Assembly (NCBI RefSeq): GCF_963921235.1 | Contig: NC_086108.1 | Coordinates: forward strand, 76,324,001 to 76,388,000 | DNA from: Mobula hypostoma | Lineage: Eukaryota | Length of the DNA stretch: 64,000 nt | Direction of reading: 5' to 3' | In this document: piece by piece, positions 49,927 through 62,460 of the stretch | Numbering within the stretch: position 1 is the stretch's first letter | Layout of the letters: each line of letters starts with the position of its first letter | Program-made: the position numbers and the translations under genes | Notes under the pieces: generated by a model | Seen by the model: the letters and a program-made list of their open reading frames with translations, nothing else | Told to the model about the DNA's origin: nothing | The model's database searches: none

Positions 49927-52859
49927 CATGAAAAATGAAAATTTTGAGAAAGGTTATCATTCTTAAATTTTTGTTTCTCTCTCCACAGCATGACCTGTTG
50001 TATATCTCCAACATTTCTGTTTTTATGTCAGATTTGCATTATTTACAGTTTTTGATTTTAAAATCAGATAGATAAAATTAATTAACACCTAAAGGTTTTC
50101 AACCTATTAATGTTTCAAGTAAAAGCACATAAACAGCAGATACTGAATTAGTCTCTTGCTAAATTGAATATAATAAGCAGGAGCAAGTACTGACATTTCA
50201 TCTCTTCAACAAAGTTTAATTCTGTAGTTTTAAGTTTGCCAGTTCCAATTAAGTAAACTAGCTTCCCTGTTCTCTTGTGAAATCTCCATTTTCTTCTCCT
50301 ACTGTCCACCCACTAAAGATACAGGACCTTCCAATGATATGCTCAATACAAAGCTAGCAATTTTGCTTCGGCAAGCTCCTAAACTATGCAGGGACTGTCC
50401 TTGAGTAGACTAAGAAGCATATACACGTCTCAGGTTCTGTAACTGAACCTCATTTTCACAATGTCATTTCTCATCTGGCTGCCTTCTAAGTGGTCCATTT
50501 CTCCACTGCCTCTGCAGAAACTCACCCAATTTCCCTTGTGCCCATGCTGACGTCACTATCAACGCCACAAGCAGTGCCCATTACCACTCAGAGGGAAAGC
50601 CATTTAGTTGATCATATATAATAGTCTCTGCATATTTTGTCAAGGCTTGAAAGACTAGGTCATGAAGAAAGTCTATGCAAATTTGGCTTTAAATTTTCCT
50701 ATGTTCAGAAATTTGAGTTGATCTAATTTAATTGTGTAACATAGAAAGAAGTTTAGTAGGTACTGATAAAGTAAGGCCACAACCTTAAAATTAGACAGAC
50801 CATCCAGGAATGAAAATGCTCACAAACGGTGATGAAAATGTAGAATTAATTCCCTGAGTAGATGTGCTTGCTGGATCATTTGAAGTTTTCATAGTTTCGG
50901 TCAATAAATTTCTATTAGAGATGATATCAAGAGGTATTGATCTCAGGCAGGTAAATGGAGTTACAGCTTGATAAGCTGGTAACTGAATGGTGGAATAGAC
51001 TTGGAGTTGAATGGACTGTTCCAATTCCTAATTTCAGCGCCATAACAGTTCAGCTTGCATCGCTATTTCAGGTAGATCATTTCTATTTCTCCATTTCTAC
51101 AATCTCATCAGTTTAAATATTCTGTTGTTTCATTGTTCTGTGCTTTGACTGAGTTTTACAACCAATTGGACGCACATAGTCATTTCAATATTAGAAAAAC
51201 TGAAGCCACTTTGAAGTGGCAGAAAGAAAAAGAAATTGACATAGACACAGAAAGATGCTTATTCAGAAGTAATGATGTTTCAGGTCAGAGAGCTGGATTA
51301 TATGAAGAAACAGAAAGATGGTGTATAGGATGGAGAAGCAGCTGAGTGTGGCCTTCTGAAAATCCATATATCCAAAATACATTACTCCATCAATGAACTT
51401 CATTATTTCTTCAAAGAAATCTTGAGATTTAATGGATGCTAGCTTTTTCACAAATCCTCATTGTCTGCCCTTAATTAACTCAGGCCTTCCTAAGTATATT
51501 TTAACGTTATTAAATATTATGCCCTCTACAGATGTACCAACTCTGGATAGTAGGTGACTGGCCTATGGTTAGTTGATTTATCCCTAACTCCTTTTGTGAG
51601 ATTGATTGGTTTACATTAGCAACCTTCTGGTCTTCTGGCAAAACTTGCTTATCATAAGATGTGTAAAATATTGTGGCCAGAGCTGCTCTCTAAATTCCTT
51701 CAACATTTCAGGAGCCATGTCATCATGGAAGCTGCATTTTTCATTTTAAATTCTCCTAATATTTCAGGACTTCTTTCTTCGTTGTAAGCAATTTTGCCTT
51801 GTGTAATTAATCTTTTTGCACTCTTCAGTCTCACTGGCATAATATTCTGTGAAAAATACTTAATTCCACCACAGTTTTCACTGCAATTTCATGTCATATA
51901 TTACTGATAATAAACATTGATTCCGATTCTGAATGAAGTGAATTTTTTTTTAATGCAAACTCTCTGTAAACATTTTACAATTTGTCTTAGTTTCTGATAT
52001 GTCTGTTATTTTAATTTTAATTTATGTGAAAGGGACATTCCTGGCAAGATTAGTTTTCACTGTCCATCCTATTTGTGTTTTAGAATGTGGTGGTTAGCTG
52101 CTTTGTTGAACATCTGTAGTCTTTGGGAGAGGGATTCTCACAGTGCAAGTAGATGACGAGTTCCAGGATTTGACCCTGTGGTGATGAAGAAATCACAACA
52201 TACATCCTTGCCTGGATAATGGTCAAGTGGTGCAAATATTATTTGCCACTCATCAAACAAAACCTGAATGCTTTCCATATTGCAAGTAAACCTGGCAGTT
52301 TTTGCTCTACTCACTTAATTTCTAAAATCATTTGTTTCACAATTAGATTAAATAGTAAACTTCAGAATAGAAAATAAATTGCTCCTTTATTACCCAATTC
52401 TCATGGGATACCATGAAAAGCAAAGCTGTACAAATAACATGGGAGACTCACAGGTTTGCCCAATATCATTACATACTTCAGAATTTCCCACATAATGGTC
52501 ACATATCCACCCCTGCAAGGGCATTAATAAACTAGTTGTGTTACTAGCATAATCTAGTAGCCATTATGAACTTCCATTAAATGCAACTCAGGAATTAGTA
52601 GCAGTATTGAATTCAGTATTCTAAAAGGTCATGCTGGGATATGAACTCCCAAGCTCTGGGTTACCATACCTTCTAATAAATTGTAACTTAGATGCATTTT
52701 TGGCTAGGTAAAACTACTCATCTGCTCGAAGTATTTGATGGTGAAAAACAAATCAAAAGTAGCAGGAGTTTATGCAGCTTCATCGGAATATTAAAAGTAA
52801 TATGCAGAATATGGATTTAACTTGAATAAACGATTGAATCTCACTGTTATATATGCAGT

Positions 52860-53332
52860 GACAGATATACGGTGGAGAATATCCTGACACATTGCATCAC
52901 AGCCTGGTATGGGAACACCAATGCCCCAGAACAGAAAAAACCTACAAAAAGTAGTGGGTATTGCAAAGCCAATTGTCAAAAAAGCCTTCCTCACCACTGA
53001 ACATGTCTACAAAGGAGCACAGCCACAAGCAAGCAGCATCTCTCACCAAGGTCCCTTACCGTCTAAATTCATGCTCTTTTCTCGCTGATACCATAGGGAA
53101 AGAGGTACTGAAACCATAGGTCCTACACCACCAGTTTCAGGAACAGTTATTACTATATCCATCAATTTATTTAATTTTTGTATTTGAACAGTTTGTCCTC
53201 TTTTGCACATTGGTTGTTTGTCTGTCTTTGTGTGTAATTTTCAATGGATTCCTTCATATTTCTTCGAATCTCAGGGAAGTATATGGTGATATATTGTGTA
53301 TGTACATTGATAATAATTTACTTTGAACTTTG
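52860..53332 (+). mobile_element. Rex1/Babar-type LINE 3' fragment
   Basis: RYTVENILT..CITAWYGNTNAP...KNLQKVV; tail aataatttactttgaactttg. Confidence 0.82.
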
Positions 53333-55112
53333 TTCATGTTAGGAATCTCTTCATAGACCAGCTAATATTTCAGGAACACCTCTTCCAGGTAACACACCAA
53401 ACTTTCTGCCACTTCTGAACTGCTGGTTGTCTGAAAGCAATAAGAGGAATATCCGCCTATCTTTTAGATGGGAATGGTGTAGAGAAAACAGAGAAACTTC
53501 AATAGAGATTAAAATAACATCATAAGTGAGCTTTTTCCGCTAGATCAGTGAACTCATAATTAAATAGTTCATATATAAACTAAGCAGAGTACTTTTCATT
53601 CACTTAACTCTCTACTCAGTGACTGGATTTCTGCATCAAATAGCCATCAAAATTGTTTTGATGAAGAAAAATGTGAGGATTAAGAGATAATTGTTTAATG
53701 TGACAGGATAATAGTTGGCTAAAGCGATGCAGGGAAATGTACAGTATTTAATAGATGTTAAGTACAACCATCCCAAAGAGAAAGATCAGTTTTAAGTAAT
53801 CACTTCACAAATGCGTACAAGCAGAGTCATTCCACTTGACTTCATTTGCTTCTCTTTAGCCTTCTTCCTTCAGAGTAATTTTATAGAAAGTCTGATTTGC
53901 AAGGGCTTCAGATAATTTTTGCATCATCAGTGGTAGATCTTGAAAGAAATAATAAGTTTAATCCACTACAATGTGAAAATTGATGTACTTCACTGTTGGG
54001 AGTAAACTGTACATGCTATGATTTATATTCGTTTTTGTCTGAAAACTAACCTCTTGAGAAGGAGAGTTAAGCTGGAGAACTAAGTTTAAAGAAATATACT
54101 TCAGTAAATAATTATTTCAAAATGACTGAAATGATACAGGGTATTAGAAAGTAAGCATGATGTTTGAACAGAAGCCTATTGTTCTACAGTAAACAGTCTG
54201 ATGGCTTACAAATTTTTCAAAATGTGACTGATTCTGAAACTGCATGTGCCATGTGGCTAATATTGGTTGTTTCAGTTAAAAATGATGCAGTAGATTTCCC
54301 AGAAAATTGTGTTACCAAAAGGATAATAATTTGCAAAATATGTTTCCTGTGGCAAGGACTTGTCAGATTATACATTCCTCTAAGCGAAGTTACTTGCATG
54401 GTCATGACAGACAAATGTTATTAATTTGGATAGGGAACTGAATTAACCCTTTCTATCTTAGGGGGCAGGTCTTTGACACTGCACATAGAAACTGACAGCA
54501 ATCAAATAAACTGCCTTTAAATATGATTGTTGCTGTACTCTATCACATTGCAAAATATGCACTCTGATCTACTTTATATATTTGTAAAGGAATTACTAAC
54601 TAACATATTAAGCTAAAGAATTTCTTCTACGGGCTGGCTCAGCAATCTAAGCACAAATTATACTTTCAATTGTGCTGTAATTCCCACGTTTCTATCATAA
54701 CTCATAGGCACATATGCATAATCTGGAATGTAAGATCATCCACGAACCAGAATAGTCAAGCAGCAAAATGGAACAAAATTATTGTTTTTCCCCCTTCATG
54801 CATTAACAATCACCAACGATTTTATGTACATGACTGCAGTTTTATCAATTCTGTTGAAAGTTGGCTGATAACAAAAGACAACCATTTGTATATCAACACT
54901 TGAGTAAAATAAGATTAGATCAATAAATATGATCAATTTACTTAATAGAATCAGGTTTATTATCACTTACATATGATGTGAAACAGAGCAAGAGATAAAA
55001 ATTATTATTATAGAAATACTAATAAAATAATAACAATAATAAATAAATTATATAAAATGAAATAAAATTAAAGTGAAAAATACTACTTTTATTAGGATAT
55101 GTTGCACTAATG

Positions 55113-55784
55113 CAGGTTGAGTACCCCTTATCCGAAATTCCCTGAAATCTGATCTTTTTTAGCGCTGACTTAACGTCACAAATGGAAGATTCCACAAGGC
55201 ATTGGGAAGGTTCCCAGGCAATGTGTAGGTCTGCACACCACAAACAGTTCTGAGAAGTGACCACACATATGTAATGAACAGAATTAAATGAAAATATAAT
55301 AACACTGCACAAAGCGAAAAATGATCTCAATCATGTATTGAAATAGTGGATTCATCAGCGTCAGAGTGAACATATGCTGCACTTAACTGTATACTGATCA
55401 TGAAACAAGTAAAGATCGATCATGACGAACTGAAAATTGAAGGTAATTGTTTCATGCACAAAGTTATTAAAAAATATTACATAAATCTACCCTCCTCCTG
55501 TCGTAGTTGCTGTGAAAATGGCAGCTGTTTAAAATTGATTGGGGATATGGAGCCAATCATAGCACTGGTTGGGGTGGTCTTATAACTTTGACAGTCGGTG
55601 GAGGACCCAGCTCCATCACATCAACTGTGGACTATTCACTCTGTGAGATTCACACCAATTGTATATGAAATGTATATGTAAATGGATTTCATGTTTAGAC
55701 TTGGGTCCCATCCCCATGGTATCTTATTATATACATGCAAATATGCCAAAATCTGAAACACTTCTGGCTCCAAGCATTTTGGAT
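55113..55784 (+). mobile_element. pogo/Tigger-like DNA transposon relic (Tigger4/Zombi/MER46-like ends)
   Basis: Left TIR caggttgagtaccccttatccgaaa; right subterminal tgtttagacttgggtcccatcccc...gcaaatatgccaaaatctgaaacacttctggctccaagcattttggat; right TIR truncated. Family assigned from memory. Confidence 0.7.
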
Positions 55785-56644
55785 TTACTGTTTAGCAATT
55801 ATCGCTTAACATTTACTATTGTGTATTTACCTAAAAAGAAGAGCATATAATTTTAATTGAATACTCAAATAGCAGAAAACAATTGCATTTGCCACATTTC
55901 ATAATTTCAGTTTGGAGCATGTATTTTTGTTGATAGGGCAATCTGCCATTACAATGTATTTTAAAACTAGGATAAAAGGTACTGGATTGAGGTCAAACAT
56001 GCACCAAAACTCTGCAGCCTTCAAACTTGTTTCGGTCAACTTCAGACATCAATGCAAATCAGCAGAAACTACTTGATGCAGGTCAGATTTCAAGCAATGG
56101 ATGGTATTGCAGTGATGAATAATCTTTGTGTAATAAATACTATTCTGAAATGCTGAGCCAAGGTTCCACCTAAACTTTCACATTTACTGGAATATCAATT
56201 GTAAACTATTTGCCATATCTCTAAAACTTTGTTTTGCATAGTGAATAGAGGAGCAAAAAGGTAAGAAACATAAAAGAATGACTGCAAGAGGATAAAAACT
56301 AGAGAGACTGGAGGGGATGACTAATAATTCAAGTTTACAGCACACCAGTATACTTATACTCTGTGTTTAGATAATTAGCAACATATGAGCCTAATAAAAT
56401 CCTGGGTTTATCTATTGTGATTTTGATTGGAAAAGCAAATCAAGACAAGCAAGTACTAAATTTTTCAGTAGAGTACATCACAAATCAGACTATAAAGCTT
56501 AAACTAACTAAGCCATGGCACAAATCTTTCCATTACTTAGTATTAAATTGGCAATCTCACAGTGAGACACTGTAAGAGCAGGTAGTATTCTACTCAGAAC
56601 CAATCACTAATCTATGCACTTGGAAAACTATTAACTTGGAAGGA

Positions 56645-56750
56645 CTATTTGGGGCCCTGAATGGAGGTGAGGGAAGGGGTGTATGGACAGGTGTAGCACT
56701 TAGGTCACTTGCAGGGATGTGCCTGGAGGAAGATTAGCGGGGAGGGATGA
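56645..56750 (-). mobile_element. Penelope-like internal fragment
   Basis: Reverse complement aligns with about 61625-61730 (Cys-rich linker CKQNKCYTCPY...IQGPKQ). Confidence 0.8.
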
Positions 56751-56789
56751 ATAATTGAGATGACTAAATCCAGGTCAGAATGACCATTA

Positions 56790-57934
56790 TGTGCTGAGTT
56801 CACTGGTGTACACTCTCCTCACACATGACTGCAAGGCCAATTACCCAAGTAATCACATTGTCAAGTTAGTCAATGACACAACAATAGTGGGGCTCATCAC
56901 GAACAACGATGAGATGACCTACTGGGAGGAGGTGGAAGAGCTTGAGGCCTGGTGTAAGGCAAATAACCTCTTCCTCAACAAGAATAACCCGATGGTTATT
57001 GACTTCAGAAGAGCTCGCACCACTCCCACCCCTCTTAACATCAACAGCCCAGCAGTGGAAACTGCGAGAGGCTTCAAACTCCCAGGAGTGAACATTTCGC
57101 ATAACTTCCCATGGTCCCAAAACACATTCTACACGATCTGGAAAGCTCACCAATGCCTCTACTTTCTGAAGAGGCTTAAGAAATCTGGACTATGTGCCAC
57201 TATATGCATGTCATTCTACAAGTGTGCAGCAGAGAGCACACCAACAAGCTGCATCACTGTGTGGTACAGAATCTGCACTGCAGTGGACAGGAAGGCTCTA
57301 CAACAGGTAGTCAAAACTGCCCAACAGATCACAAGCACCAGCCTACCTGCCATCAAGGACATATATAGAGAAAGGTGTCAGAAAAGGGCCAGTAACATCA
57401 TTGAGGATCCCATCCACCTCTGCTCATGGACTGTTTGTCCCACTCCCATCAGGGAAGAAGCTAGGTAGCATCCACAACAGAACCACCAGACTCAAAAACA
57501 GTTACTTTCCCCAAGCAGTAAGGCTGATCAACACCTCCACCTACTAACCCACCCCTTCATACCCCCAACCACCACGACTTTATCATTTCTTGTCAGTCAC
57601 CATATGTACAGACACTTCTGTGCCTAGTGTCACTTTATGGACAAACAATCAATCTATGTACACAAACTATATTACGTATTTATATTACAAACAAGAGATG
57701 CTGGAAATCCGAGCAACACACACAAAATGTTGGAGGATCTCACCAGACTAGGCAGCATCTATGGAAAAAAGTACAATCGACATTTCGGGCTAGCATTTTG
57801 TGTTACATATTTATATTTGTTGTGTTCTTTATCTTATTGTTTTTTTGTGCTGCATCTGATCAGATTAACAATTATATTGTTCTCCTTTACACTCGTATAT
57901 TGGAAATGACACTAAACAATCTTGAATCTTGAAT
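56790..57934 (+). mobile_element. Rex1/Babar-type LINE 3' half, with an antisense Penelope tail nested at about 57688-57791
   Basis: LSSLVYTLLTHDC...IVKLVNDTTIVGLITNNDE...KAHQCLYFLKRLKK...CITVWY; tail (cttgaat)n. Same family as 13515-15703. Confidence 0.9.
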
Positions 57935-60569
57935 CAAGCAGCACTTACTAATAACTGCTCCCTGGTGCTCAGTTTGGGCTTCCCAAGGACCATTGAACTC
58001 CAGACTTTCTTTCACATGTTTCAGTGAACAAATTGATGATGACTTGGGGTTTATTCTCTGTACAAGCACATATAGACATGTTGTCTGCATTCTGCAGCCC
58101 AATGATTAAATTTGGGATGACATTGGATCTGGAGTGAAAGTGATACAGATTGAACAGCTTCCGCTCTGTTAAATAGAGTAGCTCCATCCCAGCAGGAAGC
58201 ATGCTGGAGGCAAGGTGCAGTGGGAAAGATTGAGAAAAACACTGAGGTAATGATGCAGCTTTACTGAACACTATTCTTCACTGAGGCTGGGTCTGTTTTG
58301 GACCCATATCATTATAAAGTAATGTAAGATGAAAATTAATTTCTGTGGACAAACTCATCTCACAAGCTTTGAGACATCACAATCATCATCACCTTCAAGA
58401 AAAGAGACAAATGCAACGACAATAATTGCACAGTGGTACTCTGCTATGTGCCACAGGGAAATTTGTCACATGGGGGCAGGGGGTCTCCTCAAATGGCTCT
58501 TCAGAGTGGAAGAAGCCATTTGTCAATGATGATGTGGACTCTGCCCACCTGGAGACACAATAGACATGGTCTTCACTATCTGTCCATGCCAAAATGAATG
58601 GCAAGGAGCAATATTAATAGTTAAACATGGCTGTTTTGCTTATCTACCTGAAAGGTGAAAAAATATACAAGACACTTATTAAAGGGATGTAAGGAAATAA
58701 ATTTTAACCCCAAGTTTTCTACTTCAACTCTTTCAAAGTTATAAATTAGCACAACAGAAGAAATCTGAAAGTTTCATCATTAAGAAACAACAATTGCATT
58801 TTCACAGTGATTTTGTCAGGTTAATACATTTACTGATTTATCCTCAAGTTACTTCTGGTTATTGGATACTAAAGTATTGAGACTTAACAATATTAACAAA
58901 GCAAAAGCAGCCCTTGATTAAGAAGAAGAACTGACTTAATTGTCATGTATGTATGGATTTTTAAAGCAAAAATGCAGCAAATCCACGAGATTCCTAGAGG
59001 AAGCAGCTACGGTAACTAGAAAATTTGTGTTGTTCCATTTCTCTACATTGAAAACATTTCAAAAAACAAAGGCATTTAAAGTCATCATCATAATGCAGAA
59101 ATAGAGTCTCAACCCTGATACAGGCAAATCAAAATTCTGGTCCAATAAATTTTGTCAGTAACGAAACAATGACGAAATACACATATAGTTTTGAAGTTTA
59201 AATTTGAACCTTGGTTCAAATTTGAGGTTTTACTTCATCATGTATTCATTAAAGAAATTCTGAACATTGGATATCTATTGTATCCCTTTAGGAGGATATT
59301 ACAGAAGATTTCTTCCAACTACATAAAATATCCACAATGAAAATATTCTGTTAAAATATCACAATATACAGAAAAACTTTGTAGAGTAGGAGCTTAAACA
59401 ATGAGGTAACTATATTGCTGCACATCAATATTGTAACCAAATCCATTCTTCAGAAATAGCTAACTAATTAAAAGCTGGTGGGTTCTAAATAATTAATCTC
59501 CTTAACTTGTATTGATTTGACACTTTTGTGGTGGGGGATTACTGCTACTAAATTAAACAGCTTCCTATAGTCACTGTACTGGAGGCAAATCTGAGACGAT
59601 TCAGTGAAACAAAATATACTTCAAAACTAAAAATATTGGCACTTTGAACATTTGATTAATTTTATGGTTTTGAAATTCAGAGCTTAAGGTGCCCTTGGAG
59701 AGAAGAAAAGGAAACAGCATGAGAGTAGCAATAAGTCTAGAAAAAAACATAGAATGAGTCATGGAAACTTGGACAGATGTATATTGAAGATTGAGATAGC
59801 TTTCTTACAACATATTTATTCTGTTCAATATCCATCATCTTTTCCTATTCCTTTCAAATCCTTGTAAAAATGGATCCAATATCTATATAGTATGTTCTCA
59901 AACAAGATAGCAGGATACAAGAAAGTGAACCAATTGTTTCTCTAGCACTTTAAGTGTGACAATAATCTGTCTTCTTCAAACTGCAACATATTTTCTTCCT
60001 AAGTACTTTTTATCTGCCATGTGGGCATGGCAGGAATTTGGACGTTGGCTTAAATGGTTTGAAAATCATGGTTAGCGCATCTAAAATTAAGACATCCATA
60101 TCACTTTTCCTGCTAAAGTAGGCACACTTGAAATTTAATGATTTGAATTGTGTTTTAGAAGCAATGAAAATCAAGAATTATCCAATGAACACTTCTGCTT
60201 TTAATATGCAATGAAGGACAGACATATGTCTACATAAACAAAGCTCAGATGAAGCTATAATTTCAAAAAGTGCCGTATTCAGGTGGATATCTGATATGGT
60301 TTAATGAAACTTATAACTAAAATCAAATAGATATATTAAATCAAATATTAAATATTTCAGCAGTTCAATAACATCTTTATAAATATCCCTCCAAATTTGA
60401 AGGATCAATATATTTCTAAAGCCAACATACTTGAATTAAATATGTCCAAAAAGTAAAAAGTAAACAATTAAAGGTCAATTGAACAGAAAAAAAACAATAT
60501 GCACAATTCCTGAAGAGAAAGGGCTTACTTAGTGAATACAAAGCAATAACAAAAGAATACAAATGTGCA

Positions 60570-62066
60570 GTGTACACTGTACTCTATCACTGTACTTTAT
60601 CACCCCTTGTTCAATCCCTTCCGACCTATGTTCGTGACACTTCTCACGGTCTTAAACTTTTCGATGATTTTAAGTTCCCTGGCCCCCACCGCTTTATTTT
60701 CACCATGGATGTCCAGTCCTTATATACTTCCATCCCCCATCAGGAAGGTCTCAAAGCTCTACGCTTCTTTTTGGATTCCAGACCTAATCAGTTCCCCTCT
60801 ACCACCACTCTGCTCCGTCTAGCGGAATTAGTCCTTACTCTTAATAATTTCTCCTTTTGCTCCTCCCATTTCCTCCAAACTAAAGGTGTAGCTATGGGCA
60901 CCCGTATGGGTCCTAGCTATGCCTGCCTTTTTGTTGGGTTTGTGGAACAATCTATGTTCCGTGCCTATTCTGGTATCTGTCCCCCACTTTTCCTTCGCTA
61001 TATCGACGACTGCATTGGCGCTGCTTCCTGCACGCATGCAGAACTCGTTAACTTTATTAACTTTGCCTCCAACTTTCACCCTGCCCTCAAGTTTACCTGG
61101 TCTATTTCCGACACCTCCCTCCCCTTTCTAGATCTTTCTGTCTCTGTCTCTGGAGACAGCTTATCCACTGATATCTACTATAAGCCTACTGACTCTCACA
61201 GCTATCTGGACTATTCCTCTTCTCACCCTGTCTCTTGCAAAAACGCCATCTCCTTCTCGCAATTCCTCCGTCTCCGCCGCATCTGCTCTCAGGATGAGGC
61301 TTTTCATTCTAGGACGAGGGAGATGTCTTCATTTTTTAAAGAAAGGGGCTTCCCTTCCTCCACTATCAACTCTGCTCTTAAACGCATCTCCTCCATTTCA
61401 CGTACATCTGCTCTCACTCCATCCTCCCACCACCCCACTAGGAATAGGGTTCCCCTGGTCCTCACCTACCACCCCACCAGCCTCCGGGTCCAACATATTA
61501 TTCTCCGTAACTTCCGCCACCTCCAACGGGATCCCACCACTAAGCACATCTTTCCCTCCCCCCCTCTCTCTGCATTCCGCAGGGATCGCTCCCTACACAA
61601 CTCCCTTGTCCATTCGTCCCCCCCATCCCTCCCCACTGATCTCCCTCCTGTCACTTATCCGTGTAAGCAGAACAAGTGCTACACATGCCCTTACACTTCC
61701 TCCCTTACCACCATTCAGGGCCCCAAACAGTCCTTCCAGGTGAGGCATCACTTCACCTGTGAGTCGACTGGGGTGATATACTGCGTCCGGTGCTCCCGAT
61801 GTGGCCTTTTATATATTGGTGAGACCCGACGCAGACTGGGAGACCGCTTTGCTGAACATCTACGCTCTGTCCGCCAGAGAAAGCAGGATCTCCCAGTGGC
61901 GACACATTTTAATTCCACGTCCCATTCCCATTCTGACATGTCTATCCACGGCCTCCTCTACTGTAAAGATGAAGCCACACTCAGGTTGGAGGAACAACAC
62001 CTTATATTCCGTCTGGGTAGCCTCCAACCTGATGGCATGAACATTGACTTCTCTAACTTCCGCTAG
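60570..62066 (+). CDS. Penelope-like RT + GIY-YIG endonuclease (N-terminally truncated; first ~10 codons are flank)
   Basis: TMDVQSLYTSIP, GVAMGTRMGPSYACLF, LRYIDDC, PFLDL, Cys-rich linker, then VIYCVRCSRCGLLYIGETRRRLGDRFAEH. No stop in 498 codons. Confidence 0.9.
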   Translation: MYTVLYHCTLSPLVQSLPTYVRDTSHGLKLFDDFKFPGPHRFIFTMDVQSLYTSIPHQEGLKALRFFLDSRPNQFPSTTTLLRLAELVLTLNNFSFCSSHFLQTKGVAMGTRMGPSYACLFVGFVEQSMFRAYSGICPPLFLRYIDDCIGAASCTHAELVNFINFASNFHPALKFTWSISDTSLPFLDLSVSVSGDSLSTDIYYKPTDSHSYLDYSSSHPVSCKNAISFSQFLRLRRICSQDEAFHSRTREMSSFFKERGFPSSTINSALKRISSISRTSALTPSSHHPTRNRVPLVLTYHPTSLRVQHIILRNFRHLQRDPTTKHIFPSPPLSAFRRDRSLHNSLVHSSPPSLPTDLPPVTYPCKQNKCYTCPYTSSLTTIQGPKQSFQVRHHFTCESTGVIYCVRCSRCGLLYIGETRRRLGDRFAEHLRSVRQRKQDLPVATHFNSTSHSHSDMSIHGLLYCKDEATLRLEEQHLIFRLGSLQPDGMNIDFSNFR

Positions 62067-62460
62067 GCCCCACCTCCCCCTCGCACCCCAGCTGTTACTC
62101 CTTTTTATGCACACATTCTTTCTCTCACTCTCCTTTTTCTCCCTCTGTCCCTCTGAATATACCTCTTGCCCATCCTCTGGGTCAACCTCCCCCCCCCGTC
62201 TTTCTCCCTAGGCCTCCTGTCCCATGATCCTCTCATATCCCCTTTTGCCTATCACCTGTCCAGCTCTCGGCTCTATCCCTCCCCCTCCTGTCTTCTCCTA
62301 TCATTTTGCATCTCCCCCTCCCCCTCCAGCTTTCAAATCCCTTACTCACTCTTCCTTCAGTTAGTCCTGACGAAGGGTCTCGGCCTGAAACGTCGACTGC
62401 ACCTCTTCCTATAGATGCTGCTTGGCCTGCTGCGTTCACCAGCAACTTTGATGTATGTTG
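60587..62460 (+). mobile_element. Penelope-like element (Neptune-type), 5'-truncated, with TSD
   Basis: RT+GIY-YIG frame, pyrimidine-rich 3' UTR and hammerhead-bearing tail. actgtactcta is duplicated at 60576-60586 and 62461-62471. Confidence 0.93.
62362..62399 (+). ncRNA. Minimal type I hammerhead ribozyme motif
   Basis: UAGUC-CUGACGA-AGG-GUCUCGG-CCU-GAAA-C-GUC-GACUG: core CUGANGA and GAAA, GUC triplet, stem I UAGUC/GACUG, stem II AGG/CCU. Confidence 0.8.

Noticed and set aside
56791..57468. ALKBH8-like/DUF1891 host gene
   Set aside because: The KAHQCLYFLKRLKK segment is the Rex1-type LINE C-terminal region, contiguous with a degenerate RT and a LINE tail.
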